Below are positions 53,155 to 64,000 of a stretch of 64,000 nucleotides of DNA, piece after piece. The notes beneath the pieces are model-generated. The model did not search any database and was not told the DNA's origin. It was given only the letters and a program-made list of their open reading frames with translations. The DNA is from Octopus vulgaris (lineage: Eukaryota), in assembly GCA_951406725.2 (NCBI GenBank), contig OX597827.1, positions 70,742,001 through 70,806,000 on the forward strand. Reading direction: 5' to 3'. The position numbers and the translations under genes are program-made. The number at the start of each line of letters is the position of its first letter. The stretch's first letter is position 1.

Positions 53155-53780
53155 CCGTCGTTGTTGTCGCCGTCATCGTCGCCATCATCATTATCAGCAC
53201 CATCATCATCGTCATCGTTTTCGTCGTCGTCGTCATCATCATCTTCACTATCATCATGATCAGCATAATCATCACCATCGCCTTCGTCGACGTTACTGTC
53301 ATTGTCGTCGTCAGCATCATATTGATTTTCGTTGTTGTCGTCGTCGCTGACGTCACCATCATCGTCATCACCACCACCACCACCATTACCACTACCACCA
53401 CTGCCACCACTACCAGCATCACCAGCACCATTATCATCATCCTCATCATTACCACCATATTCATCATCATCATCACCATTATCAGCTTTGCCGTCGATGG
53501 CGTCGTCGTTATCGTCATCGTCATCGTCATCATTATCATCAACACAAACAACAACAACAACAACAGCAAGAGCATACTCAACCGTAATGACAAATGCATA
53601 TTTTCCACCGCCAGCAGCTATCATCCACACCACCACCACCATCACCACCACTCTCCCAGCCACTAAACCACCATAACTACCATCATCACCGCCACCACCA
53701 TAAACCTCAACCACCGCAATGACTACCCCTCCCCCCGCTTCTACCACCATTATCACTACAGCAGCAGCAACAACAACAAC
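53155..53780. repeat. Degenerate (CAT/CGT/CAC) trinucleotide low-complexity tract
   Basis: Visible low complexity. Confidence 0.85.
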
Positions 53781-54965
53781 AGGACAATGAGCCAAGTGAA
53801 AACTTGAAACTGCTAGAAATAGCAACTAAATCTCGTTTTCAAATTACATTCCAGGATCTTACTTTTTTAAGAAAAAGAGAGAGAGAGAGAGAGAAAGAAG
53901 ACATATTAGATAATGGAGTCTGACATCTCTGAAAAGGTAGCATCGTCACGGCTGGAATGCCTTTGATCGTTGGTCTACTTGATTAGGGCTGGCCTAGGGC
54001 TAAACGACAACAGCCGTAACAGCGAGGCAATCTTTTCAAATTGTTGGCAGACGTTAAGTCCTTTAAGCAAGGAATGAGAGTCAGTAGGAAATGGGTTTTA
54101 TTTTCATTTTATTCTTTTGTGTTTTTATTATTTTATTTTATTTTTTGCTCTAAAATATCTTCTCTGAAGGTTAAAGTTTCGTTTAAAAAAGAATATCATT
54201 GTGGCAGCAGTTACGTACGTAGAATCTTAGCAATGTCGACGGCGGCCATTTTGTGGTTGAGTCAGCGCGGTTAGGAAGGAAGGAAGGAGGGAAGCAAGGA
54301 AGGAAGCAAGGAAGGAAGGAAGGAGGGAAGGAAGGAAGGAGGGAGGGAGAAAAGAGCGTGAAAGAGAACGGAAAGGAAGAAAGAAAGAAAGAAAGAAATG
54401 AAGGGAGGGAGAAAAGAGATTGAAAGAGAACGGAAAGGAAGAAGAAAAGAAAGAAATGAAGGAAGTATGGAAGGTAAGAAGAAAGGAAGGAGGAGGGAGA
54501 GAGGGAGTGAGAAAAAAGGGTGAAAGGGAACGGAAAGGAAGAAAAAGGAAAGAAAGGGAGGAAGGAAAGAAAAAAAAATGGCAAGGATAGAAAAAAACAT
54601 TGAACCAACAGTCGGCATAAAACGATGATAGTTTTAAATGAGTTTTAGTTTGTCAGGCCTCTGTTTGTTTGTTATTTGAAATGCAAACTGCTTGTTGAAA
54701 GATTAACGAAGGTATTTAAAATACCTTATATTGGTTACAACCGTTTTAAAAATACCTTATGTTGGGAACAACCGTTTAGAGGATTGAGACTAGCTAAAAT
54801 GGCGGAGCATTAGACTTCGCCCGCGTAATCTATCTTTGACTGAACGTTACGTATATAATATTTTCGTTCAATCTTTTTTCTTCTTTTAAATCATGGTGGA
54901 GCCGAATTTGCTTTTGAGTTTTCTGGATCAAAAACAGAAAAGAAAAAGAGAAGTAATTATGAATA

Positions 54966-55872
54966 GGCGCAGGAGTGGCTGTGTGCTAAGTAGCTTGCTT
55001 ACCAACCACATGGTTCAGGGTTTAGTCCCACTGTGTGGCATCTTGGGCAAGTGTCTTCTACTATAGCCTCGGGCCGACCAAATGCCTTGTGAGTGGATTT
55101 GGTAGACGGAAACTGAAATAAGCCCGTCGTATATATGTATATATATATGTATGTGTGTGTGCGTGTGTATATGTTTGTGTCTGTGTTCTCCCAACATCGC
55201 TTGACAACCGATGCTGGTGTGTTTACGTCCCCGTAACTTAGCGGTTCGACAAAATGGTACCGATAGAATAAGTACTAGGCTTCCAAAGAATAAGTCCTGG
55301 GGTCGATTTACTCGACTAAAGGCGGTGCTCCAGCATGGCCGCATTCAAATGAGTGAAACATGTAAAAAAAAAAAGAAAAAAAAGATACAACAGTTAAAGG
55401 CGGTGGATTGGCGGAATCGTCGGTCCGACTGGTAAAACGCTTAGCGGGATTTCGTCCGTTTTTACGGTCTGAGTTCAAATTCCGCTGAGGTCGACTTTAC
55501 CTTTCATCCTTCCGGGGTGGATAAAATAAGTACCAGTTGAGTTCTGGGGTCGATGTAATTGACTTATCCTCTCTCTTGAAATTGCTCGTTTTGTGCCCCC
55601 AAAAAAAAAGAGTAACAGACAACGGTCGATTAAAATATTGGTTTTAAATTTTGACCAGCAATTTCGGGATAGGGGACAAGCCTGTTTGTTGACTACATCG
55701 ACCCCCAGTATTCAACTGCTATTTATTTTATCGACTCCGAAACGATAAAAGACAAAGTTGACCTCGGAGGAATTTGAACTCAGAACGTAAAGACGGACGC
55801 TAAGAAATGCCGCCAAGAATTTTCGCCCAGCGACATTAAATCAAATAGCTGATTCTTCTTCTTCTTCTTCTT

Positions 55873-55905
<33 letters not shown>

Positions 55906-55966
55906 ATTTTTATTATTATTTTTATTATTATTTTTATTATTATTATTATTATTATTTTTATCATCA

Positions 55967-55997
<31 letters not shown>

Positions 55998-56005
55998 CAT
56001 CATCA

Positions 56006-56066
<61 letters not shown>

Positions 56067-56871
56067 CAACGTATTTCATCTGCCTTCACATTCTGAGTTC
56101 AAATGCTGCCGGGGTTGTTGTTGTTGTTACTAAAGGCAACGAGCTGGCAGAATAGTTTGCATGCCGGGCAAAATGCTTAACGGCATTTCACCCGTCTTTA
56201 CATTCTGAGTTCAAATCCTGCCGAGGTCGAGCCTCCGGCAGGGATGGTGGTGATCCCTGCTGTACTCTTTCACCACAACTTTCTCTCACTCTTACTTCCT
56301 GTTTCTGTTGTACCTGTATTTCAAAGGGCCGGCCTTGTCACTCTCTGTGTCACGCTGAATATCCCCGAGAACTGCGTTAAGGGTACACGTGTCTGTGGAG
56401 TGCTCAGTCACTTACACGTTAATTTCACGAGCAGGCTGTTCCGTTGATCGGATCAACCGGAACCCTCGTCGTCGTAACCGACGGAGTGCTTCCACATGAA
56501 GCTAGTAATTTTGATACCATCGTCTTCAATACTTGACTGATGCTCTTCCAAAATAAAGTAGCCTTTGCTTCCCAACCATGTGGTCTTGGGTTCAATCCTA
56601 CAGTGCAGCAACTTTGGGCAAGTGTCTTCTACTATAGCCTTGGGCCTACCAAATCCTTGTGAGTGGATTTGGTAGACGGAAACTGAAAGAAGCCCGTCGT
56701 GTGTATATATATATATATATATATATAAATCGTGGGTGTGTGGTAAGAAGCTTGCTTCCCAATCACATGGTTCCGAGTTCAGTCCCACTGCGTGGCCCCT
56801 TGGGCAAATATCTCGGGCCGACCAAAGCCTTGTGAGTGGATTTGGTAGACGGAAACTGAAAGAAACCTGTC

Positions 56872-56918
<47 letters not shown>

Positions 56919-57131
56919 TATATATATTTATGTGTGTGTGTTTTTGTGTCTGTGTTTGTCCACCCTCCCACCATCACTTGACAACCCACGTTGGAGTGTT
57001 TATGTCTCCGAAACTTAGCGGTTCGGCATAAGAGAATAACTACTAGGCTTACAAATAATAAATCGGCCAGAGGTGGGGGTAATGCGGTGCTCTAGCATGG
57101 CCGCAATCAAATGACGAAAACGTGTAAAAGA

Positions 57132-57187
<56 letters not shown>

Positions 57188-57440
57188 GTGTACGCGTTTG
57201 TGTTTATGTTATGTTCGTCCCACCCAAGGCCTCACCGCTTGATAACTGGTATTTGTTTGTCTACGTCCCCGTAACTTAGCGGTTAGGCAAAAGATACTGA
57301 TACAATATGTACCAGACCACCACCCCCAATAATTTTTTTTTTTTCTTAAAGCAAGTACTGGGAACAATTAATTCGACTAAACCCTTTAAGGCGGAGCCCC
57401 AGCATGGCCGCAATCCAATGACTGAAACAAATAAAAACGT
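54966..57440. mobile_element. Dense SINE cluster (A 54966-55365; B ~55397-55600; B minus ~55660-55830; C 56231-56490; A ~56560-56700, ~56735-57130, ~57230-57440)
   Basis: Matches to families A, B and C as defined above. Confidence 0.85.
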
Positions 57441-58064
57441 AAAGATAAAGTACACTCCAATATTTAACGTCTTATCGTTTAAGATAGAGAGACAACACTT
57501 TCCAAGATTGCAATATTTTCCTCGCTATCAAAACCTCTTTCTCTATGCCTGGCTGGGCAGATAGATGACTTTATCTCCATTTTTCTTTTTCCTTTTCTTT
57601 TTCCCCCACTCAAATCTGTCTCAAATATAAACGTAATTTGCGTTAGAGATAGATTTAGGGGTACGCTCTGCTTCAGACGGGTGTACTGCATGTACTTTAG
57701 TGCAGGACGAGTTTACATGTTGGCCACGAACGAACTATGTGGCACCTCTTCAAGGATGGTATATAGCTCCTTGAGGCAGAAACCCAAGCTTTAGGAAGGG
57801 ATGCGGCTAAAATGAGAAACAAGCTATCGCTAAATGTTTTTTTGTCGTAAGGGCAACTCCTATACGATATCTATTTTACATAACAACTTACGCGCGAGTG
57901 CGTGCGTGTGTTTGTGTGTCACTGTTTATGTAAGAAGGGATTGGAAGCATAAAAACACATTCGTTGATGCATAGACATTTGTATTCATATGTACGGAAAA
58001 CACACATATTCGTGTAATTTTAGCCCGGTGTCTATCTGTTTATCTATCTATCTATCTTATTTTT

Positions 58065-58474
58065 TTTATTGCCCACAAGGGGCTAAACATAGATGTGACA
58101 AAACAAGAATAGACAAACGGATTAAGTCGTTTACATCGACCCCAGTGCGTAACTGGTACTTAATTTATCGACCCTGAAAGGATGAAAGGCAAAGTCGACC
58201 TCGGCGGAGTTTGAACTCAGAACGTAGCGGCAGACGAAATGCCTATGTCTTTACTAACCACAAGGCGCTAAACACAGAGAGGACAAACAAGGACAGACAA
58301 AGGGATTAAGTCGATTATATCAACCCCAGTGTGTAACTGGTACTTATTTAATCGACCCCGAAAGGATGAAAGGCAAAGTCGACCTCGACGGAATTTGAAC
58401 TCAGAACATAGCGGCAGACGAAATACCTCTAAGCATTTCCCCCGGCGTGCTAACGTTTCTGCCAGCTCACCGCC
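58065..58474 (-). mobile_element. SINE family B, tandem two-unit form
   Basis: Same organisation as 27781-28182. Confidence 0.9.
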
Positions 58475-58492
58475 TTTCTATCTATCTATCTA

Positions 58493-58606
<114 letters not shown>

Positions 58607-58957
58607 AATCTATCTATCTATCTATCTGTCGAACAACAGCTGTCACGTGTGGGACGAGTCGGTTTATCAGCTGAGTCTATCGTCAATATTGTCACGCCTC
58701 CTTCCTTCAAACGGGAAGGAAGAGCTATTTTCATCATCCTTGTGGCTATCGAAAGAATGTATCTGGTGGACGCGTCTGAAAGGATTGGAGACAAACACTT
58801 TCCTCTCTGGTCAATCTCTCATCAACTTCTTTAGCGAATGTTTTAAAAAAAGATGGGTGAATGTAACAAGAATGGCACGTATGAATGACGAAGCCACCTT
58901 GAGCATAATCCTATGAACCCAGAAATTGAAAACAGAGATTTGCTTATTTCCGTAGGC

Positions 58958-58999
<42 letters not shown>

Positions 59000-59016
59000 G
59001 TCTGTCTGTCTGTCTG

Positions 59017-59065
<49 letters not shown>

Positions 59066-59110
59066 ATCTATCTATCTATCTATCTCTCTATCTATCTATC
59101 TTTCTATCTA

Positions 59111-59152
<42 letters not shown>

Positions 59153-59204
59153 CCTATCTATCTATCTATCTATCTATCTATCTGTCTGTCTGTCTGTCTG
59201 TCTG

Positions 59205-59277
<73 letters not shown>

Positions 59278-59792
59278 GTGTGTGCGTGCGTCTATTTGTC
59301 TGTCTATCTGCCTGACGTTCTGTCTATCAATACATCTGTTCCTCAATCATTCAACGTGTCTGCCTGCATAACTCGGCCAAGTTTTATGTTTATCTCCCTT
59401 TTCTTCCCTCTCCATCCACGCTCGTTCACACACAAACATTATAACATTCTAGGTAATAAACGTTAGCTAATTCTTTCCAGACCCTCCTTTAATTACGATT
59501 GGGCCGCCTAAAGCAACAACAGCATTTCCCCAGCGCCCTTTTTTTTTTTTTAAGTCTCCAGAATAGATTTTTTAGTTGTTTTAACCATCGCAGTTTAAAC
59601 CAATAAAAAATGCGCCGCCTTCGACTGGGAAAATATTGCGAATGTGACGTGCGAAACGTTTCGAATAAATATTCCTACTGAGTTACGATATGTTCATAAG
59701 TAATTTAGTCTTGCTGTGAAATTAGGTCTCGATTTCATGCATAAGGGTTTTGTGGGCAGCTTTTAATTGCTGTGTGTGTGCGTTTCGCATAC

Positions 59793-59833
<41 letters not shown>

Positions 59834-59900
59834 CGTGTGTGTTTATATGTTATATTTATTCATACATATGAGGGCGTGTGGCCTAGTGGTTAGAGAAAAG

Positions 59901-59985
<85 letters not shown>

Positions 59986-59990
59986 GATAG

Positions 59991-60200
59991 GTGGCGAGCT
60001 GGCAGAATTGTTAGCACGCCGGGCGAAATGCGTAGCCGTATTTCGTCTGCCGTTACGTTCCGAGTTCAAATTCCGCCGAGGTCGACTTTGCCTTTCATCC
60101 TTTCGGGGTCGATAAATTAAGTACCAGTTGCGTATTGGGGTAGATCTAATCGACTGGTCCCCTCCACCAAAATTTCAGACCTTGTGCCTAGAGTAGAAAA
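59991..60200 (+). mobile_element. SINE family B monomer with tail 2
   Basis: Head and body ending CCTTGTGCCTAGAGTAGAAAAG. Confidence 0.9.
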
Positions 60201-60318
60201 GGTCACATTTGTGTTCACTCGAACAAGAGAAATTTTCTCCTCTTAGATGACGTGTGAAAGCGTATTGGGCGATGAATGACGCCATCGGGACGTGAGACGC
60301 ATACCTTCTGCATTATTA

Positions 60319-60784
60319 CTGTAAATCCTCAAATATAACCCGCATTTTTTCCCAAAATTTAACGGTCAAAATCCCTAGTGCGTATTATACACGAGGTTAA
60401 AAATGTAAATTATTTTCTAAGCAATGTTCAAGTCTCTATTTGCTGTCCGGCAATGTTTATTCAGACGCATTTTGTGAGTCATAAAAGACTCATCCATAAC
60501 TTGCAATAAGCAACATTTACTAAACGTTATTACTGTTATTTCTTTATTTTCTGCAAACAAAATGCACAAAAAGCTACACATTTGCATTATGTTATATATA
60601 CAATAATAATAAAAGACGTTACCGTATACATTTTTACAAACCAAGGTCGTTATATAGACCTCCTAGACTCAAGTTAGAGAAGGGGTGCGTATTATACACA
60701 AGGTTTAGGTTTTTCAGAGGTACAGCTCCCTAAAAATCCCCTGCGTATTATACTCAAGGGCGGACTATACTCTAAGATTTACGG
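60319..60784. mobile_element. TA-flanked MITE (Tc1/mariner superfamily, possibly pogo/Tc2-like)
   Basis: TA|CTGTAAATCCTCAAATATAACCCGC ... GCGGACTATACTCTAAGATTTACGG|TA; subterminal TGCGTATTATAC repeats. Confidence 0.85.
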
Positions 60785-60954
60785 TACTCGTCATCAGCCA
60801 CGAATGCCGAATTCGTTGTTGACATCCCTATCGGAAATGGACCGAGTCCTCTTAGATATACTCGAACACAGCTAGTTGGGTGACTGGTGTATGGTTATGA
60901 GACTGAAAAGATTCAGAAGAATTTGATGACAAAGAAGAAATTGTCAGTTCTTTA

Positions 60955-61350
60955 GGCATGGCTGTGTGCTTAAGAAGCTGGCTTCGCAATCGTGTGGTTT
61001 CAGGTTCAGTCCCCCATCGCGGCATCTCGGGCCAATGCCTTGTGAGTGAATTTGTTCGAGAGAAATTGTATCGAAAAATGTCGTAGTGTGTGTATATGTG
61101 TATGTATGCATATGTGTGTCTTTGTATTTCTGTTTGTCCTCTCACAGCATAACAACCGGTGGTGGTTTGTTTATCTTCCCGTAATCTAGCGGCTCGATAT
61201 AAGAGACCGATAGAATCAGTACCAGACTTCAAAACAAAAAGTGGGGACCGGTGGACAAAACATTACTACTAGGGTTGATTTGTTGAACTAAAATGCTTCA
61301 AGGCTTTGCCCCTGCATGGCCGCAGTCCAATGACTGAAACAAGTAAAAGA
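60955..61350 (+). mobile_element. Diverged SINE family A
   Basis: GGCATGGCTGTGTG..GGTTCAGTCCC..CATGGCCGCAGTCCAATGACTGAAACAAGTAAAAGA. Confidence 0.8.
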
Positions 61351-61404
61351 TTCGAATTTGTACCTTTGTGTCTCCATACATATATTATGCGTTGACATAA
61401 AATA

Positions 61405-62290
61405 TTTAACCCCAACTGAGCTTTGATCGAGCAGACCCATTATCAAAGGCTTTCTCGTTGTGACCAACCCACCTTATCGTTATACTCATAAGATATGGCT
61501 TGAAAACGATTTGGTTGTTATTTCTAGCAAATCGAATGACGACACAGAGGCAGGTCTGTTCGATGTAAACATGTCATTGTTGGTGGTATTTAGCTCCGGG
61601 GCAACGCTGATTGATCTATCGTATGGATCAAAATTGTTCCAAACGTGACCATCCCATCGGTTTATTCAGACGTGGGGTATCTAAGACTACATTGTCCAGT
61701 ATTAAAATCCTTAGCAGTGTTCAGTTCCAGATCAACCTTGATGGAGAAGACTAATGATCAAAGACATCTCAGCCGTGACAGTCGCATCGTTTTTATTCGG
61801 ACATGGTATATCTGGAACTACACTGTCCAATGTTATTGTCGTTGTATAGCCCTAGGTCAGCTCAGATAGCCCCAGCCTTTGGTCAGCTCAGATAGCCCCA
61901 GCCTTTGGTCAGCTCAGATAGTCCCAGATCAGCTTAGGATTATGATCAAAGACGTTCCAGTCGAGACCATGCCATCTCATATTCAAATACAGCCTACCTA
62001 TGATTATATTATCCCGTGTGTATAGTATTATCACGATTATATTACCAATCGTATATACGTTCTGAGTTCAAACTCCGCCGAGGTCGACTTTACCTTTCAT
62101 CCTTTCGGGGTCGATTAAATAAGTACCAGTTACGCACTGGGGTCGATGTAATCGACTTACACCCTTTGTCTGTCCTTGTTTGTCCCTTCTATGTTTAGCT
62201 CCCTGTGGGCAATAAAGAAATATATATTACCCATCGTAATATGGAGTGATATACTTTGAGGTAGATTTAGCTGCTATTTCTAGCCGGTCG
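61405..62290. repeat. Degenerate tandem copies of an old interspersed repeat (family E)
   Basis: TTTAGCCCCAGG..GATC.AGCAGAC..ATGATCAAAG.C.TTCCAG.CGTGACCATCCC-like motif about four times; includes a 26-bp triplication at ~61855-61925 and a B SINE at 62057-62222. Confidence 0.65.
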
Positions 62291-62734
62291 TAAGACTCTT
62301 TGGGGGCTCTCTCGTTAGCTTGTTTGACGTAGATATGCATATAGGCTGCTATTCGCATATGATTCAACATGCCTAGGTGTGCGTATATATGTGTGTGCAT
62401 GTATGTGTATGTGTGTACCTGTATGTGTGGAAATATCCTGTATGCCTCTATACGAAAATCAAGATAACAATCTATGCGATTTATATTCCAAGTGGCATTA
62501 ATGACAACCGGAAGTCATTAAAATAGAAGTTCAGCAGTGAAGAGGATACATTTTAATTGTTGACATGAACACCTATAACTACTAATGAGTAAATATTTAC
62601 ACTTTAGTCAACTCTATATACTTATGAAATGGTAGGCATTACGGTTAATACATTTTTTTAATAAGTAGCTAAATGCTAATTCATTTCGTCTGCTCCGAAG
62701 ACGGAGACAGACGATTTCAGATGAGTTTATAATT

Positions 62735-63222
62735 GTTTCTACTCTAGCCACAAGGCCTGAAATTTGGTTGGGTATGGGTGCTAGTCGATAGCATCGACCC
62801 CCCAGTACTTGGCTGGTATTTTATTTTATCGATCCTGAAAAGATGAAATATGTAGTCGACTTCGGCGGAATTTGAACCCAAAACGAAAAGAGCCGGAAGA
62901 AATACCTCAGGACTTATTCTTTGGAAGCCTAGTACTTATTCTATCGGTCTCTTTTGCCGAACCGCTAAGTGACGGGGACGTAAACACACCAGCATCGGTT
63001 GTCAAGCTTTGTTGGGGGAACAAACACAGACACAAAGACACACACACACATATATACATCTACATATATACGACAGGCTTTTTTCAGTTTCCGTCTACCA
63101 AATCCACTCAAGACTTTGGTCGGCGGCCTGAGGCTATAGTAGAAGACACGTGCCCAAGGTGCCACGCAGTGGGACTGAACCCGGAACCATGTGCTTGGTA
63201 AGCAAGCTACTTACCACTCAGA
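62735..63222 (-). mobile_element. Family B remnant joined to a family A SINE
   Basis: B reverse complement to ~62905, then A reverse complement. Confidence 0.8.
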
Positions 63223-63347
63223 CACTACTACGCCTTGCTGTCAATAAATAAATATAAAAGGGCCGGTACATTGCTCGGGGGCCTATAAGATGCTAAGACG
63301 CGCCCAGCTTATATCTAAGCCAGAAATTATTTCTTAAAAAAAATTAA

Positions 63348-63775
63348 GGCAGCAAGCTGGCAGAATCATTAGCGCGCCGGACAAAACGCTTAGCGGCGTT
63401 TTGTCAGTCTTTACGTTCTGAGTTCAAATGCCGCCGAGGTCAACTTTGCCTTTCATCCTTTCGGGGTCGATAAAATAAATACCTATTTCTTTATTACCCA
63501 CAAGGGGCTGAACACAGAGGGGACAAACAAGGACAGACATAGGTATTAAGTCGATTACATCGACCCCAGTGCATAACTGGTAGTTAATTTATCGACCCCG
63601 AAAGGATGAAAGGTAAAGTCGACCTCGGCGGAATTTGAACTCACAACGTAACGGCAGACGAAATACCGCTAAGCATTTTGCCCGACGTGCAAAACGTTTC
63701 TGCCAGCTCGCAGTTGAGTAATGGAGGTCGATGTAATCGACTTACCCCCTCCTTCAAAACTTCAAGCCTTGTACT
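63348..63775. mobile_element. Family B SINE (+) interrupted by an inverted family B SINE (63484-63710)
   Basis: Outer copy breaks at GATAAAATAAATACC and resumes CAGTTGAGTAATGGAGGTCGATGTAATCGAC. Confidence 0.85.
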
Positions 63776-64000
63776 TGAAAGGACTATTAAAAGAAAAAAA
63801 ATTGTTTAAGCACCCGAATATTTCGTGTTAGCGTATGTTGTTCTTATTCATCGCGCGGGATGTTTTTGGAAGTCTTATTTACTGCCATCTGCTTTATTTC
63901 ATTTACTTCGCTTCGTGGAATATCTATTGTGCCCTTTTAATTAACCCTTCTATTAGTCTATGTTGGTGGGTTCTGTCTTTTTGCAACGTTCCATTATTTA

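Noticed and set aside
53115-53825. 236-aa Asp/Gly-rich ORF
   Set aside because: Degenerate trinucleotide low complexity, open in multiple frames, no domain.
58630-58915. Unique mixed-composition stretch as a coding exon
   Set aside because: Open frames exist but no recognisable protein motif; cannot support without homology or RNA data.
63267-63307. Possible tiny hAT-type MITE remnant (AGGGCCGG..TAAGACGCGCCCAG)
   Set aside because: TIRs too degenerate and no TSD found.

Overview
AT-rich, microsatellite-saturated animal genomic DNA with no recognisable intact protein-coding gene. The repeat landscape (tRNA-derived SINEs, RTE LINEs, mariner, Helitron, Penelope, long (TA)n/(CATA)n tracts) suggests a coleoid cephalopod, probably Octopus; this is inference. 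Nearly all listed ORFs are translated microsatellites or SINEs. Real coding remnants are a decayed Helitron Rep/PIF1 helicase (5441-7502, inside an element of about 3873-8745), two nested RTE LINE fragments, three mariner remnants and two Penelope-like (PLE) remnants (GIY-YIG; thumb-linker-GIY-YIG). The most striking signal is about 13 minimal type-I hammerhead-ribozyme-like motifs (helix I-CUGANGA-helix II-GAAA-short palindromic helix III-NUH-helix I) from many different sequence families. Most lie in short islands beside (TA)n tracts, often as inverted repeats with a one-sided tail, which fits PLE pseudo-LTR insertions. Several have non-canonical cores or very long helix II. Also present: an unexplained ~280-bp long-range inverted repeat (19340-20715), modular and chimeric SINEs, and several MITEs. 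All calls were made by eye; coordinates are approximate.
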